A stretch of 64,000 nucleotides of DNA from an uncultured Acidobacteriota bacterium (GCA_963720545.1 OY970399.1:2438908-2502907); one strand, 5' to 3'; shown: positions 20,918-30,299, numbered from the stretch's first letter. Translations and numbers: made by a program. The notes: generated by a model from the sequence alone, not told the origin.

Positions 20918-21895
20918 ATGGAAAAGCGGATCGCGGCCAGCGCCTTGCTGGCGAGCCTGCTGTTGGCCGACGCCGCTGTGGCGGCGGTCAAGGTGCAGGA
21001 AAAAACCGAAGCGAAGTTCGGCGGCCTGATCGGTGCGATGGCCGGTGCGATGGGCGGCGGCGCCAACGCACCAACGCTCAGCACGGTGGCGGTGCTCGGC
21101 GACCGCAAGCTGTCGCTCAGCGCGATGAGCGGCGAGATCATCGACTTGCAGGAAGAAAAGGTCTATCGGCTCGACCCGCGCAACAAGACCTACACCGTCC
21201 TGAGCTTCGCGGCGATCCGCAAGCAGATGGAAGACGCGCGCGCCCGCATGCAGGGCAAGAAGCCGCAGGCCGAGCCGCCTGCGGCCGCCGCGCCGGGCAA
21301 GGACCCGAACGTCGAAGTCGATTACGACGTGAAGGATACCGGCCAGGCGAAGGCGATCAACGGCTTCGACGCGAAGCAGATGGTCCTGACCATCAGCGTG
21401 CGCCAGAAGGGCAAGACGCTCGAACAGGGCGGCGGCATGGTGATGCGCTCGGACATGTGGATGAGCGACGCGCTCGGCGCGCGCAAGGAGGTCGCCGACT
21501 TCGACCGGCGCTACGCGCAGAAGCTCTACGGCGGCGCCGACCTGGGCGCGGCGCTGGCGTCCATGGGACAGATGGCTTCCGCCGCGATGATGAATCCCGG
21601 CATCGGCCCGGCGATGGCGAAGCTGCGCGCCGAGACGGACAAGATGCACGGCTCGCCGGTGCTGACCACCACAACCATGGAGTCGGTGCGCAACCCCGAG
21701 CAGCCGGCGGGCGGGGATGCGGCGGCGGCCGGCGGCTTCGCGGCGCTCCTGGCGCAAAAGATGAAGAAGGGCGGCGGCGGTGGCGGCGACGAAGCGCGCA
21801 GCGTCCTGATGACGACCACCCACGAGGTGCTGAGCGTCTCGTCGCAGGTGACGCCGCAGGACGTCGCGCTGCCCGCGGGATACACCGCGAAGTAG
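20918..21895 (+). CDS. secreted hypothetical protein
   Basis: Signal peptide MEKRIAASALLASLLLADAAVAA. No recognisable domain. Gly-rich C-terminal region. Confidence 0.6.
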   Translation: MEKRIAASALLASLLLADAAVAAVKVQEKTEAKFGGLIGAMAGAMGGGANAPTLSTVAVLGDRKLSLSAMSGEIIDLQEEKVYRLDPRNKTYTVLSFAAIRKQMEDARARMQGKKPQAEPPAAAAPGKDPNVEVDYDVKDTGQAKAINGFDAKQMVLTISVRQKGKTLEQGGGMVMRSDMWMSDALGARKEVADFDRRYAQKLYGGADLGAALASMGQMASAAMMNPGIGPAMAKLRAETDKMHGSPVLTTTTMESVRNPEQPAGGDAAAAGGFAALLAQKMKKGGGGGGDEARSVLMTTTHEVLSVSSQVTPQDVALPAGYTAK

Positions 21896-21907
21896 CCCGC
21901 GCGGCCG

Positions 21908-22609
21908 TCAGAGGGCCGGGTGCGGCAGGCGTCCCGCAACCTCGAACTGCGCGCGCGGGAAAGCGAACGCGGTGCGCGCGAAGACGTCTTTCTTGCGCAG
22001 CTCGACCCGCTCGCGCGTCGCGACACAGTGCCACGCCTGCGGCGGCGTCGGCCGCGCCGCGGCAAAACCCTGTGGCGAGAAGAGCGCGAGGCAGACGCCG
22101 CCTTCGCGGTCGCGTGCCGAGCGGTAGCGAAACGCGACCACCGCGGCGGCGCGCATCTCGGCGCCGAGCTGCTGCGAAGCGGCATAGGAGACGGGCGACG
22201 AGATGGCGGCGGCGTGCGCCGCGAACGGCGGGCGCGTGAGGTCGATGCCTTTTTCCGTGCGCACCACCGCCTGGAACGCCGACAGCTCGAGCACCAGCGG
22301 CGCGAGTGGCGCCGCCGACCCTTCGAGGAAGAGCAACCGGTAGTAAGCCGCCTCGGCGAAGGCAGTGCGCGGCTCGTCGGCGCCGTACCAGAGGGCCCGC
22401 TCCTGGCGGGTGCCGAAGCGCGAACCGTGCCGCAGCGGCGGATAGCGAAAGGGCGTCGCCAGCAGATAGTGGAGCGCGCGGCCCTTCTCGAGCGGCGGCT
22501 TCACGCCTTCGATGAGCTCCTCGAGCAGGTGCTGCTCCGCATCCGTGTCGACGAGCTTGCGGGTCGCGACCAGGTACTGCGATTCGACTACGCGCCAGGG
22601 CCGCGCCAC
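21908..22609 (-). CDS. RES domain toxin (RES-Xre toxin-antitoxin family)
   Basis: RES signature residues in context (RHGSRFG, LWYGADEPRTAFAE, FRYRSARDREGGVCLALF). Proposed GTG start at 22609 with a GAGG RBS, 13 nt after the antitoxin stop. The alternative ATG at 22663 would overlap the antitoxin by 41 nt. Confidence 0.8.
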   Translation of the reverse strand: MARPWRVVESQYLVATRKLVDTDAEQHLLEELIEGVKPPLEKGRALHYLLATPFRYPPLRHGSRFGTRQERALWYGADEPRTAFAEAAYYRLLFLEGSAAPLAPLVLELSAFQAVVRTEKGIDLTRPPFAAHAAAISSPVSYAASQQLGAEMRAAAVVAFRYRSARDREGGVCLALFSPQGFAAARPTPPQAWHCVATRERVELRKKDVFARTAFAFPRAQFEVAGRLPHPAL

Positions 22610-22622
22610 GAGGCGCCTCGCC

Positions 22623-22997
22623 CTAGAGCTTCCCGCGCATCGCGTCCAGATACTCGACGACATGCACCAGTCCGGGGATGGTCAGGACGAGTTGCGCCGG
22701 CACTCCGCCGACATGGGCGTTGCGGCTGCGGAACCAGTCCCTGGCCTTGGCGGCGTCGCCGCCCACCAGGGAGTCGAGGCTGCGGTAGAGGCGCAGCAGG
22801 AGGAGTGCGATCTCGCCCTCCTTGGACAACGGATCGAGGCGCCGGCGGGGCAGCCGCGAGATCGAGGCCTGGCTGACGCCGAGGATCCTGCCGAGGTCGC
22901 GCTGCGCGAGGCCCAGGTGGTCGGCCGCCCGCATCACCGCCTTGGTGAGCACTGCCGCCGGCTCGGGCCTGCCGGGTTGTGCGGCGCCTTGCAGCAT
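22623..22997 (-). CDS. Xre/MbcA/ParS-type antitoxin (HTH plus DUF2384 toxin-binding domain)
   Basis: HTH LGLAQRDLGRILGVSQASISR. C-terminal DUF2384-like segment (ARDWFRSRNAHVGGVPAQLVL). Sits immediately upstream of the RES gene. Confidence 0.8.
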   Translation of the reverse strand: MLQGAAQPGRPEPAAVLTKAVMRAADHLGLAQRDLGRILGVSQASISRLPRRRLDPLSKEGEIALLLLRLYRSLDSLVGGDAAKARDWFRSRNAHVGGVPAQLVLTIPGLVHVVEYLDAMRGKL

Positions 22998-22999
22998 GA

Positions 23000-23035
23000 T
23001 GCAAGTGAATCACAAGACCTTGTTTATTGCAAGTG
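23000..23035 (-). promoter_or_regulatory. candidate autoregulatory operator and promoter of the RES-Xre operon
   Basis: TGCAAGTG direct repeats (23000-07 and 23028-35) flank the palindrome ACAAG-AC-CTTGT (23012-23). On the minus strand this reads TTGCAA-N17-TTCACT, ending 6 nt before the antitoxin ATG. The region is locally AT-rich. Confidence 0.35.
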
Positions 23036-23076
23036 CATGGAGCCGGTCGGGGCCGGCCCCGCTACAATCCCCGCAC

Positions 23077-24747
23077 ATGCTCAAAACCTGCCTGCGCCTG
23101 GCCGTGTTCGTGGCCGCCACAGCGCCTCTCCACGCCGACACCTATCCGCGCCAAAGCGGCGTCGACATCGCGCGCTACGTGTTCAAGCTGTCGCTCCAGG
23201 ATGGCAGCGACGAGATCGCGGCAGAGGCCCGGATCGACGGCGAGCGCACCACTGCACTTCCGCCGCCGCAGGCTCTGGTCCTCGACCTGGTGAAGCAGTC
23301 GGCGGCGCGCGCCGGCAAGGGCATGGCCGTCCGCGCCGTCGAGGTGAACGGCGCACTCGCCGCGTTCAGCCACGAACAGGACCGGCTCAGCGTGCCGCTG
23401 CCGCCGGGGGCACCGCACACGCGCTTCAGCGTGCTGGTGCGCTACCACGGCGTGCCGGCCGAAGCGCTGCGCATCGGCCCGAATCGCTATGGCGAGCGCA
23501 CCTTCTTCAGCAGCAACTGGCCGGACCTGGCACGCAATTGGCTGCCGGTCGTGGACCATCCCTACGACAAGGCGGCGTGCGAATTCGACATCGAGGCGCC
23601 GGCGCACTACCAGGTGCTCGCGAGCGGCGTGCTGGTCGAGGAGACCGACCTCGACGGCGACCGGCGGCGCACCCGCTGGCGGCAGGATGTGCCGATTGCG
23701 CCGTGGCTCTACGGCATAGGCGTCGCGCGCTTCGCGGTGGAACAGCTCGGCACCGTGCGCGGCACGCCCCTCTCGACCTGGGTCTACGCCCGCGACCGCG
23801 ACCACGGCTTTGGCACCTTCGCCCATCCGACGCCCGAAGCGTTCTCTTTCTTCAGCGAGAACGTCGGCCCTTACGCCTACGGCAAGCTCGCGAACGTGCA
23901 GGCGGCGGGCGTGCGCGGCGGCATGGAGCTCGCCGGCAACATCTTCTACGGCGAGGATTCGGTCGCGGGCCCGCGCGTCACCGAGCGCTGGCACGACGTC
24001 ATCGTCCATGAGATCGCCCACCAGTGGTTCGGCGACTCGGTCACCGAAAACGACTGGGACGACGTCTGGCTGAGCGAAGGCTTCGCCACTTACTTCACGC
24101 TGCTCTTCAACGAGCGCACCTACGGGCGCGACGTGTTCCTCGCCAAGCTGGAGGCAAGCCGCAGGCAGGTGCTCGAGTTCGCCGCCGCCAATCCCGGCTA
24201 CCGGGTGATCCACGAGAACCTCGCCGACATGACGAAGGTGCTGAGCGGGCAGATCTACCAGAAGGGCGCCTGGACGCTGCACATGCTGCGCGGCGTGGTG
24301 GGCGACGACGCCTTCTGGCGTGGCGTGCGCGAGTATTACCGGCGCTACGCGGGTGGCAACGCGACCACCGCCGACTTCGAGCGTTGTCTCGAGGACGCAT
24401 CGGGCCAGGAGCTCGGCTTCATGTTCGACCAGTGGCTGCGCCGCGCCGACATTCCGCAGGTGAGCGCCGGCTGGAGCTACGACGAGGCCGTGCACCAGGT
24501 GCGGCTCGAGATGACGCAGGGGGCTGCCGCCTCCGACCCGGGCGCCGCCGCCTTCAAGCCGCTCCGCTTGCCGATGCAGGTCGAGATCCGCGCGGCCGAT
24601 GGCAGCACCCGCCGCGAGGCGGTGACCTTCGATCGCGAGCGCCAGGAATTCACGTTCGCGGCGCCAGCGCGGCCGGCCGCTGTTGTCTTCGACCCGGACA
24701 ATTTCGTGCTGATGGCCGCTGCGTCGCGCACCGCCGAAGCGCGCTAG
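23077..24747 (+). CDS. M1 family zinc aminopeptidase, secreted
   Basis: HEIAHQWFG with a downstream E (WLSEGFATY). Signal peptide MLKTCLRLAVFVAATAPLHA. Confidence 0.9.
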   Translation: MLKTCLRLAVFVAATAPLHADTYPRQSGVDIARYVFKLSLQDGSDEIAAEARIDGERTTALPPPQALVLDLVKQSAARAGKGMAVRAVEVNGALAAFSHEQDRLSVPLPPGAPHTRFSVLVRYHGVPAEALRIGPNRYGERTFFSSNWPDLARNWLPVVDHPYDKAACEFDIEAPAHYQVLASGVLVEETDLDGDRRRTRWRQDVPIAPWLYGIGVARFAVEQLGTVRGTPLSTWVYARDRDHGFGTFAHPTPEAFSFFSENVGPYAYGKLANVQAAGVRGGMELAGNIFYGEDSVAGPRVTERWHDVIVHEIAHQWFGDSVTENDWDDVWLSEGFATYFTLLFNERTYGRDVFLAKLEASRRQVLEFAAANPGYRVIHENLADMTKVLSGQIYQKGAWTLHMLRGVVGDDAFWRGVREYYRRYAGGNATTADFERCLEDASGQELGFMFDQWLRRADIPQVSAGWSYDEAVHQVRLEMTQGAAASDPGAAAFKPLRLPMQVEIRAADGSTRREAVTFDRERQEFTFAAPARPAAVVFDPDNFVLMAAASRTAEAR

Positions 24748-24757
24748 TATCGAAGGG

Positions 24758-25660
24758 TTGACCCCCACCGAACAGCATCATCAGGGCTTCGTCGAGTGGC
24801 TCGACGCGCATCGCCGGCTGCTGGTGATCACCGGCGCCGGTTGCAGCACCGCTTCGGGCATCCCCGACTACCGCGACCGCAACGGCGACTGGAAGCACAA
24901 GCGCCCGGTGTCCTACGGCGACTTCGTCGGCAGCGCCGCGGTGCGCCAACGCTACTGGGCGCGCAGCCTGGTCGGCTTCGCGCGCGTCGCCGCCGCCGAA
25001 CCGAACGTGGCGCACCGCGCACTGGCGCGCCTCGAAGCCATGGGCCGCGTCGAGCGCGTCGTCACCCAGAACGTGGATGGCCTGCATCAGCGCGCCGGCA
25101 GCCGCGCTGTCATCGACCTGCACGGACGGCTCGACGCGGTGGGCTGCCTCGACTGCGGGCAGCGCGTGGCGCGCGCCGATGTGCAGACGCTGCTCGTCGC
25201 CTGGAACCCGCGCTTTGCCGCGGTGGCGGCGATGGCGGCTGCCGGTGCGGCACCCGACGGCGATGCCGTGCTCGAAGGGCCGTTCGACGACCTCGCGGTT
25301 CCCGACTGTCCCGCGTGCGGCGGCGTGCTCAAGCCCGCGGTGGTGTTCTTCGGCGAGAGCGTGCCGAAGCCGGTGGTGGCCGACGCTTACAGCGCCCTGC
25401 AGCGAGCGGACGCCGTGCTGGTCGTGGGTTCGTCGCTGATGGTCTATTCGAGCTTCCGCTTCTGCACGGCCGCAGCGCAGGCCGGCAAGCCGTTGGCACT
25501 GCTGAACCTCGGGCGTACGCGCGCCGACGACATCGCGTCCGCGCGCTTCGCGCTCGAATGCGGCGCCGCCCTCAGCGCCGCGGTCGAGGAACTTCGCTAT
25601 CCCGGCACCTTCCAGGCGACGGTGCCGCGCGGCGGGTCGTACCAGCCCGGATCGCCGTAG
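24758..25660 (+). CDS. cobB: NAD-dependent protein deacylase, Sir2/CobB family
   Basis: TTG start with an AAGGG RBS. GAGCSTASGIPDYR, QNVDGLH and a Zn ribbon (CLDCG...CPACGG). Confidence 0.85.
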   Translation: MTPTEQHHQGFVEWLDAHRRLLVITGAGCSTASGIPDYRDRNGDWKHKRPVSYGDFVGSAAVRQRYWARSLVGFARVAAAEPNVAHRALARLEAMGRVERVVTQNVDGLHQRAGSRAVIDLHGRLDAVGCLDCGQRVARADVQTLLVAWNPRFAAVAAMAAAGAAPDGDAVLEGPFDDLAVPDCPACGGVLKPAVVFFGESVPKPVVADAYSALQRADAVLVVGSSLMVYSSFRFCTAAAQAGKPLALLNLGRTRADDIASARFALECGAALSAAVEELRYPGTFQATVPRGGSYQPGSP

Positions 25661-26823
25661 CCGCGCAGCCCGGCGCGGATCTTGATGATCGTGAACATCC
25701 CGCCCATCTCGATGTTGCCGTAGGGTCCCGCGCCGGTCATCATCGGCAGCGTGTTCGGCAGCGTGCCGAGGTGCTCGGCATGCGCCGCGTGCTCGGACAT
25801 CCCCGCGGTGCCCATCGCCATCGAGCCCGGCACGAGCGCATCAAGCTGCTTCTGCAGCTCCTTCTGGTCCACACCGAGGACGTTCGGCAGCGTGTGATTC
25901 ATGGCGTTCATCGCGTGATGCGCCTTGTGGCAGTGGAACGGCCAATCGCCCTCGAGGTTGGCGTCGAACTCCACGGTGCGGGTGGTGCCGGGCGGCACGT
26001 TGACCGTGCTCTGCGGCCACTGCGCCGACTGCGGGATGGCACCGGCATCGGTGCCGGTGAGCCACAGGTGATGGCCGTGGATGTGCAGCGGATGGCTGTC
26101 CATGCTGACGTTGGCGGCGCGAATGCGCACCCGCTGGCCCTGCCGCACCACCAGCGGCGCCGTGCCGGGAAACGCCCGCCCGTTGAAGGTGAAGATGTTG
26201 AAGTCGCTCATCACGTTCGGGTTTGGGGTGGCGGTGCCCGGCTCGACCGACCACTCGTGCGGGAACAGGCAGAAGTCGCGTGCCACGCGCGGGCCTGCGG
26301 CGGCGCGCGGGTGGATGACGAAGAAGCCCATCATCCCCATGGCCATCTGCACGGTCTCGTCGGCGTGCGGGTGATACATGTAGGTGCCGTGCTGCCGGAG
26401 CGTGAACTCGTAGGCGAACGTTTCGCCCGGCTTGATCGCAGGCTGCGTCAGCCCGGCGACGCCGTCCATGCCGTTCGGCAGGAGGATGCCGTGCCAGTGG
26501 ATGCTCGTGTGTTCCGCGAGGCGATTGGTGACCAGCAGGCGCACGCGATCGCCTTCGACCGCCTCGATCGTCGGACCCGGCGTCTGGCCGTTGTAGCCCC
26601 AGCAGTTCACCACCATCCCGGGCGCGAATTCGCGCGCCACCGGTTCGGCGACCAGATGGAATTCCTTGACCCCGCCCTGCATCGTGAACGGCAGCGTCGT
26701 GCCGTTCGGTGTCACCACCGGCGTATACCCGGCTGCCGGGGATGCGGCGCCGAGCCGGTTCATGAATGCGGTTGCGCCCGCGAACAGGCCGCCGCTCGCG
26801 AGGATCCTGCGCCTGGTAGTCAT
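25597..26823 (-). CDS. multicopper oxidase (CopA/CueO-like), Tat-secreted
   Basis: Tat motif MTTRRRILASGG. Copper-binding motifs HWHG, HPH, HCH and HLWL. Start overlaps the upstream stop (ATGA). Convergent 64-nt overlap with cobB. Confidence 0.85.
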   Translation of the reverse strand: MTTRRRILASGGLFAGATAFMNRLGAASPAAGYTPVVTPNGTTLPFTMQGGVKEFHLVAEPVAREFAPGMVVNCWGYNGQTPGPTIEAVEGDRVRLLVTNRLAEHTSIHWHGILLPNGMDGVAGLTQPAIKPGETFAYEFTLRQHGTYMYHPHADETVQMAMGMMGFFVIHPRAAAGPRVARDFCLFPHEWSVEPGTATPNPNVMSDFNIFTFNGRAFPGTAPLVVRQGQRVRIRAANVSMDSHPLHIHGHHLWLTGTDAGAIPQSAQWPQSTVNVPPGTTRTVEFDANLEGDWPFHCHKAHHAMNAMNHTLPNVLGVDQKELQKQLDALVPGSMAMGTAGMSEHAAHAEHLGTLPNTLPMMTGAGPYGNIEMGGMFTIIKIRAGLRGYGDPGWYDPPRGTVAWKVPG

Positions 26824-28184
26824 CGCTTCTCTCCTTCGGAAGTGGCTCCGCCGGGCAGCGCGCCGCCGAGTGCGGCCTCGAGCTCGGCGCGCGCGATCCA
26901 GTAGTCGCGCCACGCGCCGACATAGGCGCGCTCCGCCTCCACTTCCGCGCGCTTCGCGAGCAGCAGGTCGTAGGCCGAGGCGAACATCGAGTTGTAGTGC
27001 TGCAGCGTCAATGCCAGGACGCGGCGGCGCTGGGGCAGCAGCGTGTCTCGCCAGGACCTGGCGAGCTCGCGGTTCGCAAGCACCTTCGCGCCGGCCTCGC
27101 GCACCTCGGAACGCGCCGTGAGCGCCGCTGCCTCGAGCAGGCGCTGGGCGCGGCGATGCTCGGCTTCGAGGCGCCGCAGCGAGGCGCTGCCGGTGTTGAA
27201 GATCGGCAGCTGCAGCGCCACTTCCGGCCCGGTGACGCGCGGCCCGCCCGCGGCGTCGCGCTCGGTGCTGATCCCAGCGTGCAGGCCCGCGGGGAAGAAG
27301 CGCGTCCTGCGCCGCGCCGCGAGCGCGCGGCCGACGAGGTCGACGCCGAAGCGCGCCGCCGCCACGTCCTGCCGCTGGCTCACCGCGGTTTCCTCCAGGC
27401 CGGCCTGTTCGAGTTCGACAGGCGGCAGTTCCGGCAGCGGGCCGCCAAGCAGCCAGGCGGTGTCGCCGCCCCACAACCCGAGCAGGCGATTGACGCGCTC
27501 GCGGCCAAGCACGGCATCGGCACGGGCCCTCGTCAGGTCGAGCCGCGCTTCCATCTGCAATGCCGCCTGGTTCTCGGCTTCGAGAGCGCCGAGCGTGCCC
27601 GCCGCGAGCTGCCGCTGCGCGAAATCGGCGCCGGTCGTGGCCAGAGCCTCGATGGTGGCAAGCCGCCGCACCAGTTCTTCCTGCGCCTGCAGCTGCAGGA
27701 CCGCGGTGCGCGCTTCGGTCGCGAGTGTCAGCACCTGGTACGAGAGCCGGGCGCGGGCGCGCTCCAGTTCGACCGCGGCGATGCCCTTGCGCGCCGGGCG
27801 CGCGAACACGTCGAAGATGTTCGCGAGCAGCGAGAACTCGGTGTTGGTGCCGCCGCCGAAGCGGACGAGTCCGGTGAACTCGGGGTTTTCGAGGGCCGAG
27901 GCTTCTGCGAGCGCCGCGCGCGACACCCCGACTTCCTCGAACCCGGCGAGGAGTTGCGGGTTGTTGAGCACGGCGATGCGCGCGGCGGCCGCGGGTTGCA
28001 GGCCGCCTTCGAGCAGGCGGCGCACGTCGTCGGGCGCGGCGCGCAGCGCGGCGCCCGGCGCCTGGGGCAGCGACGGATCGACGGGCGAGAGCCTGGGCGG
28101 CGGGGTGGTCCCGGCACAGCCGGCTACGGTTACGACCAACAGGCCGGTGGCGCAAAACGGCAGGATGGTGCTGCGATTCGGCAT
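26820..28184 (-). CDS. TolC-family outer-membrane efflux lipoprotein (CusC/OprM-like)
   Basis: Lipobox VAGC. Two TolC repeats. Sits in an operon with the multicopper oxidase. Confidence 0.85.
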   Translation of the reverse strand: MPNRSTILPFCATGLLVVTVAGCAGTTPPPRLSPVDPSLPQAPGAALRAAPDDVRRLLEGGLQPAAAARIAVLNNPQLLAGFEEVGVSRAALAEASALENPEFTGLVRFGGGTNTEFSLLANIFDVFARPARKGIAAVELERARARLSYQVLTLATEARTAVLQLQAQEELVRRLATIEALATTGADFAQRQLAAGTLGALEAENQAALQMEARLDLTRARADAVLGRERVNRLLGLWGGDTAWLLGGPLPELPPVELEQAGLEETAVSQRQDVAAARFGVDLVGRALAARRRTRFFPAGLHAGISTERDAAGGPRVTGPEVALQLPIFNTGSASLRRLEAEHRRAQRLLEAAALTARSEVREAGAKVLANRELARSWRDTLLPQRRRVLALTLQHYNSMFASAYDLLLAKRAEVEAERAYVGAWRDYWIARAELEAALGGALPGGATSEGEKR

Positions 28185-28247
28185 CGTGAAAACCCTCGGC
28201 GAGAGACGGCGGCTGCTGCGGCGGGAGAGGGGGCGCTTATGCGCCGA

Positions 28248-28643
28248 TCAGACGCGGAGGATGGCGAACGCGGGGGGGCGGGGAAGGGGCTGCAGGTCGG
28301 CGGGCGGGAACGTGTCCTGGATGTAAGGCAGCCCCCGCGGGTCGCCCAGCGAAGCGGGCTGCAGTACGGCGAGCGCGGCAGCCGGCGCCGGCGTCGCGGC
28401 GGTCGTGCGCGCGGACCAATCGGGGCGCGCCGCGCCGCAGCAGCAAGCCGCTTCGATTGCGGCGCTCGCGACCGCGTTCGCGGACGCGTTGTCTTCGCAG
28501 TGACTGGCACCGGCCGCGGACTGCGCCGCTGCCGCCGCGCACCCGCAGGGCGCGACGAGCGAAACCGCGAGCACCGCCGCGAGGGCAAGCGCCGTGAAGC
28601 GGGTGCGGTTGCGGGCCGGGGTCGCTCTGCCAGTCGCCATCAC
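28248..28643 (-). CDS. small secreted Cys-rich hypothetical protein (possible metal-binding)
   Basis: Signal peptide RTRFTALALAAVLAVSLVAPCGC, then HCED and ACCCG cysteine motifs. GC3 is about 88%. It fills an otherwise 510-bp gap upstream of the TolC/MCO operon. The call is uncertain. Confidence 0.35.
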   Translation of the reverse strand: MMATGRATPARNRTRFTALALAAVLAVSLVAPCGCAAAAAQSAAGASHCEDNASANAVASAAIEAACCCGAARPDWSARTTAATPAPAAALAVLQPASLGDPRGLPYIQDTFPPADLQPLPRPPAFAILRV

Positions 28644-28695
28644 CCTGCCAGTCTAGGGCCGGGCGCGGCCGGAGCGCTATAGACTTCGCCGCAAC

Positions 28696-30270
28696 ATGAT
28701 TCATTACATTGCCTCTTTGCTCCTCGCCGCCGCACCCGCCGCGGCGCCCGCCAGGATCCCCGCGACCGCAATCCCTCCCGGCCTCGACGCCTACGTCGAC
28801 AGGGCGCTGGCTGCCTTCGGCACGCCCGGCGCGGCACTCGCGATCGTGAAGGACGGCAAGGTCGTGCTCTCGAAGGGCTACGGCGTGCGCCGCCAGGGTG
28901 GCACCGAGCGGGTGGACGGCGGCACCGTCTTCGGCATCGCCTCCAACACCAAGGCGTTCACGGCGGCGGCATTCGCGATTCTCGCCGACGAGGGCAAGCT
29001 GCGCTGGGACGACCCCGTGGTCAAGCACCTGCCCGGATTCCAGATGTGGGATCCGTGGGTGACCCGTGAGATTTCGGTGGCGGAGCTGTTGCCGCACCAC
29101 AGCGGGCTCGGCCTCGGGCAGGGCGATCTCCTCTACTTCCCGGCGTCGAACCTGAACCGGGACGAGATCGTGCGCCGCGTGCGCTACCTGCAGCCCGCGA
29201 CCAGCTTCCGCAGCGGCTATGCATACGACAACATCCTCTATGTCGTCGCCGACCAACTGGTGGAGGCGGTGGCTGGCAAGCCGTGGGACGCGTTCGTCAA
29301 GGAGCGGATCCTCACCCCGCTCGGCATGACCGGCTGCACCACCACATCCGTCTCGGCGCTCGCCGGCAGGCAGGACGTGTCCACCCCGCACGCGTTCGTC
29401 GCCGGCAAGGTGGTGCCCACGACCCGCTCGTCGATAGACGCCCTGCAGGCTGCGGGCGGCATCAACTCCTGCAGCGACGAGATGGCGCGCTGGCTCATGG
29501 CCCAGCTCGGCCGCGGCCAGCTGCCGGGTGCCGCCGGCCGGCTGTTCACCGAGAAGCAGTCCGACTGGATGTGGACGCCGCAGACCATCCTGCCGATGGG
29601 GCCGATGCCGCCGGGGCTCGAGTCGCTGCGCGCCAACTTCACCGCCTATGGTTCGGGCTGGGCTTTCTTCGACTTCGCTGGCCGCAAGATCGTCACGCAC
29701 GATGGCGGGCTCATCGGCGAGGTGTCGCGCGTGGTCCTGGTACCGAGCGAGAACCTCGGCATCGTCCTGCTGACGAACGGCGAACTCACCGGAGCGCTGC
29801 ACGCGATCAGCTGGCGACTCCTCGACTTCTACCTCAAGGGCGAGGCGCGCGACTGGATCGCGCCGTTCCGCAAGCTGCGCGATACCGAGGAGGCCGAGGC
29901 CGCAAAAGTGGAAGGCGCCGCCGACTCGGGCCGGATGGCGGGCTCGCGCCCGTCGCTGGAACCGGCCCGTTATGCTGGCACCTACCGCGACCAGTGGTTC
30001 GGCGACGTCACGCTGAGCCTTGCCGAAGGCGGGCTGCACTTCGCGGCGGCAGCCACGCCGAAACTGAGCGGCCGGCTCGAGCACTGGCAGCACGACACCT
30101 TCCGCGTGAAATGGGAGGACCCGGTGATTCCCGACGCGTTCCTGACGTTTGCCCTCACCCCCGAGGGCGGCATCGATACTTTCAGGATGAAGGCGGTATC
30201 GCCGCTCGCCGACTTCAGCTTCGACTACCAGGACCTCCTGTTCCGGCCGGTGGCGCCAGCGGCCAGGTAG
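28696..30270 (+). CDS. serine hydrolase, class C beta-lactamase/PBP family, with a C-terminal DUF3471-like domain
   Basis: SxxK motif ASNTK, YxN motif (YAYDN) and HxG (THDGG). N-terminal signal peptide. Confidence 0.85.
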   Translation: MIHYIASLLLAAAPAAAPARIPATAIPPGLDAYVDRALAAFGTPGAALAIVKDGKVVLSKGYGVRRQGGTERVDGGTVFGIASNTKAFTAAAFAILADEGKLRWDDPVVKHLPGFQMWDPWVTREISVAELLPHHSGLGLGQGDLLYFPASNLNRDEIVRRVRYLQPATSFRSGYAYDNILYVVADQLVEAVAGKPWDAFVKERILTPLGMTGCTTTSVSALAGRQDVSTPHAFVAGKVVPTTRSSIDALQAAGGINSCSDEMARWLMAQLGRGQLPGAAGRLFTEKQSDWMWTPQTILPMGPMPPGLESLRANFTAYGSGWAFFDFAGRKIVTHDGGLIGEVSRVVLVPSENLGIVLLTNGELTGALHAISWRLLDFYLKGEARDWIAPFRKLRDTEEAEAAKVEGAADSGRMAGSRPSLEPARYAGTYRDQWFGDVTLSLAEGGLHFAAAATPKLSGRLEHWQHDTFRVKWEDPVIPDAFLTFALTPEGGIDTFRMKAVSPLADFSFDYQDLLFRPVAPAAR

Positions 30271-30299
30271 CCGCCAACCTTTTCCGCCGGGCCGCCGTC

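Noticed and set aside
23041-23076. TACAAT -10 element for the M1 peptidase promoter
   Set aside because: A TACAAT hexamer lies 8 nt upstream of the ATG, but there is no convincing -35. It is left unannotated as speculative.
24758-25660. Sir2-domain protein as a defence (Thoeris/DSR-like) effector
   Set aside because: Its length of about 300 aa, the Zn-ribbon CxxC...CxxC and the motifs match housekeeping CobB-type deacylases. No partner defence genes are adjacent.
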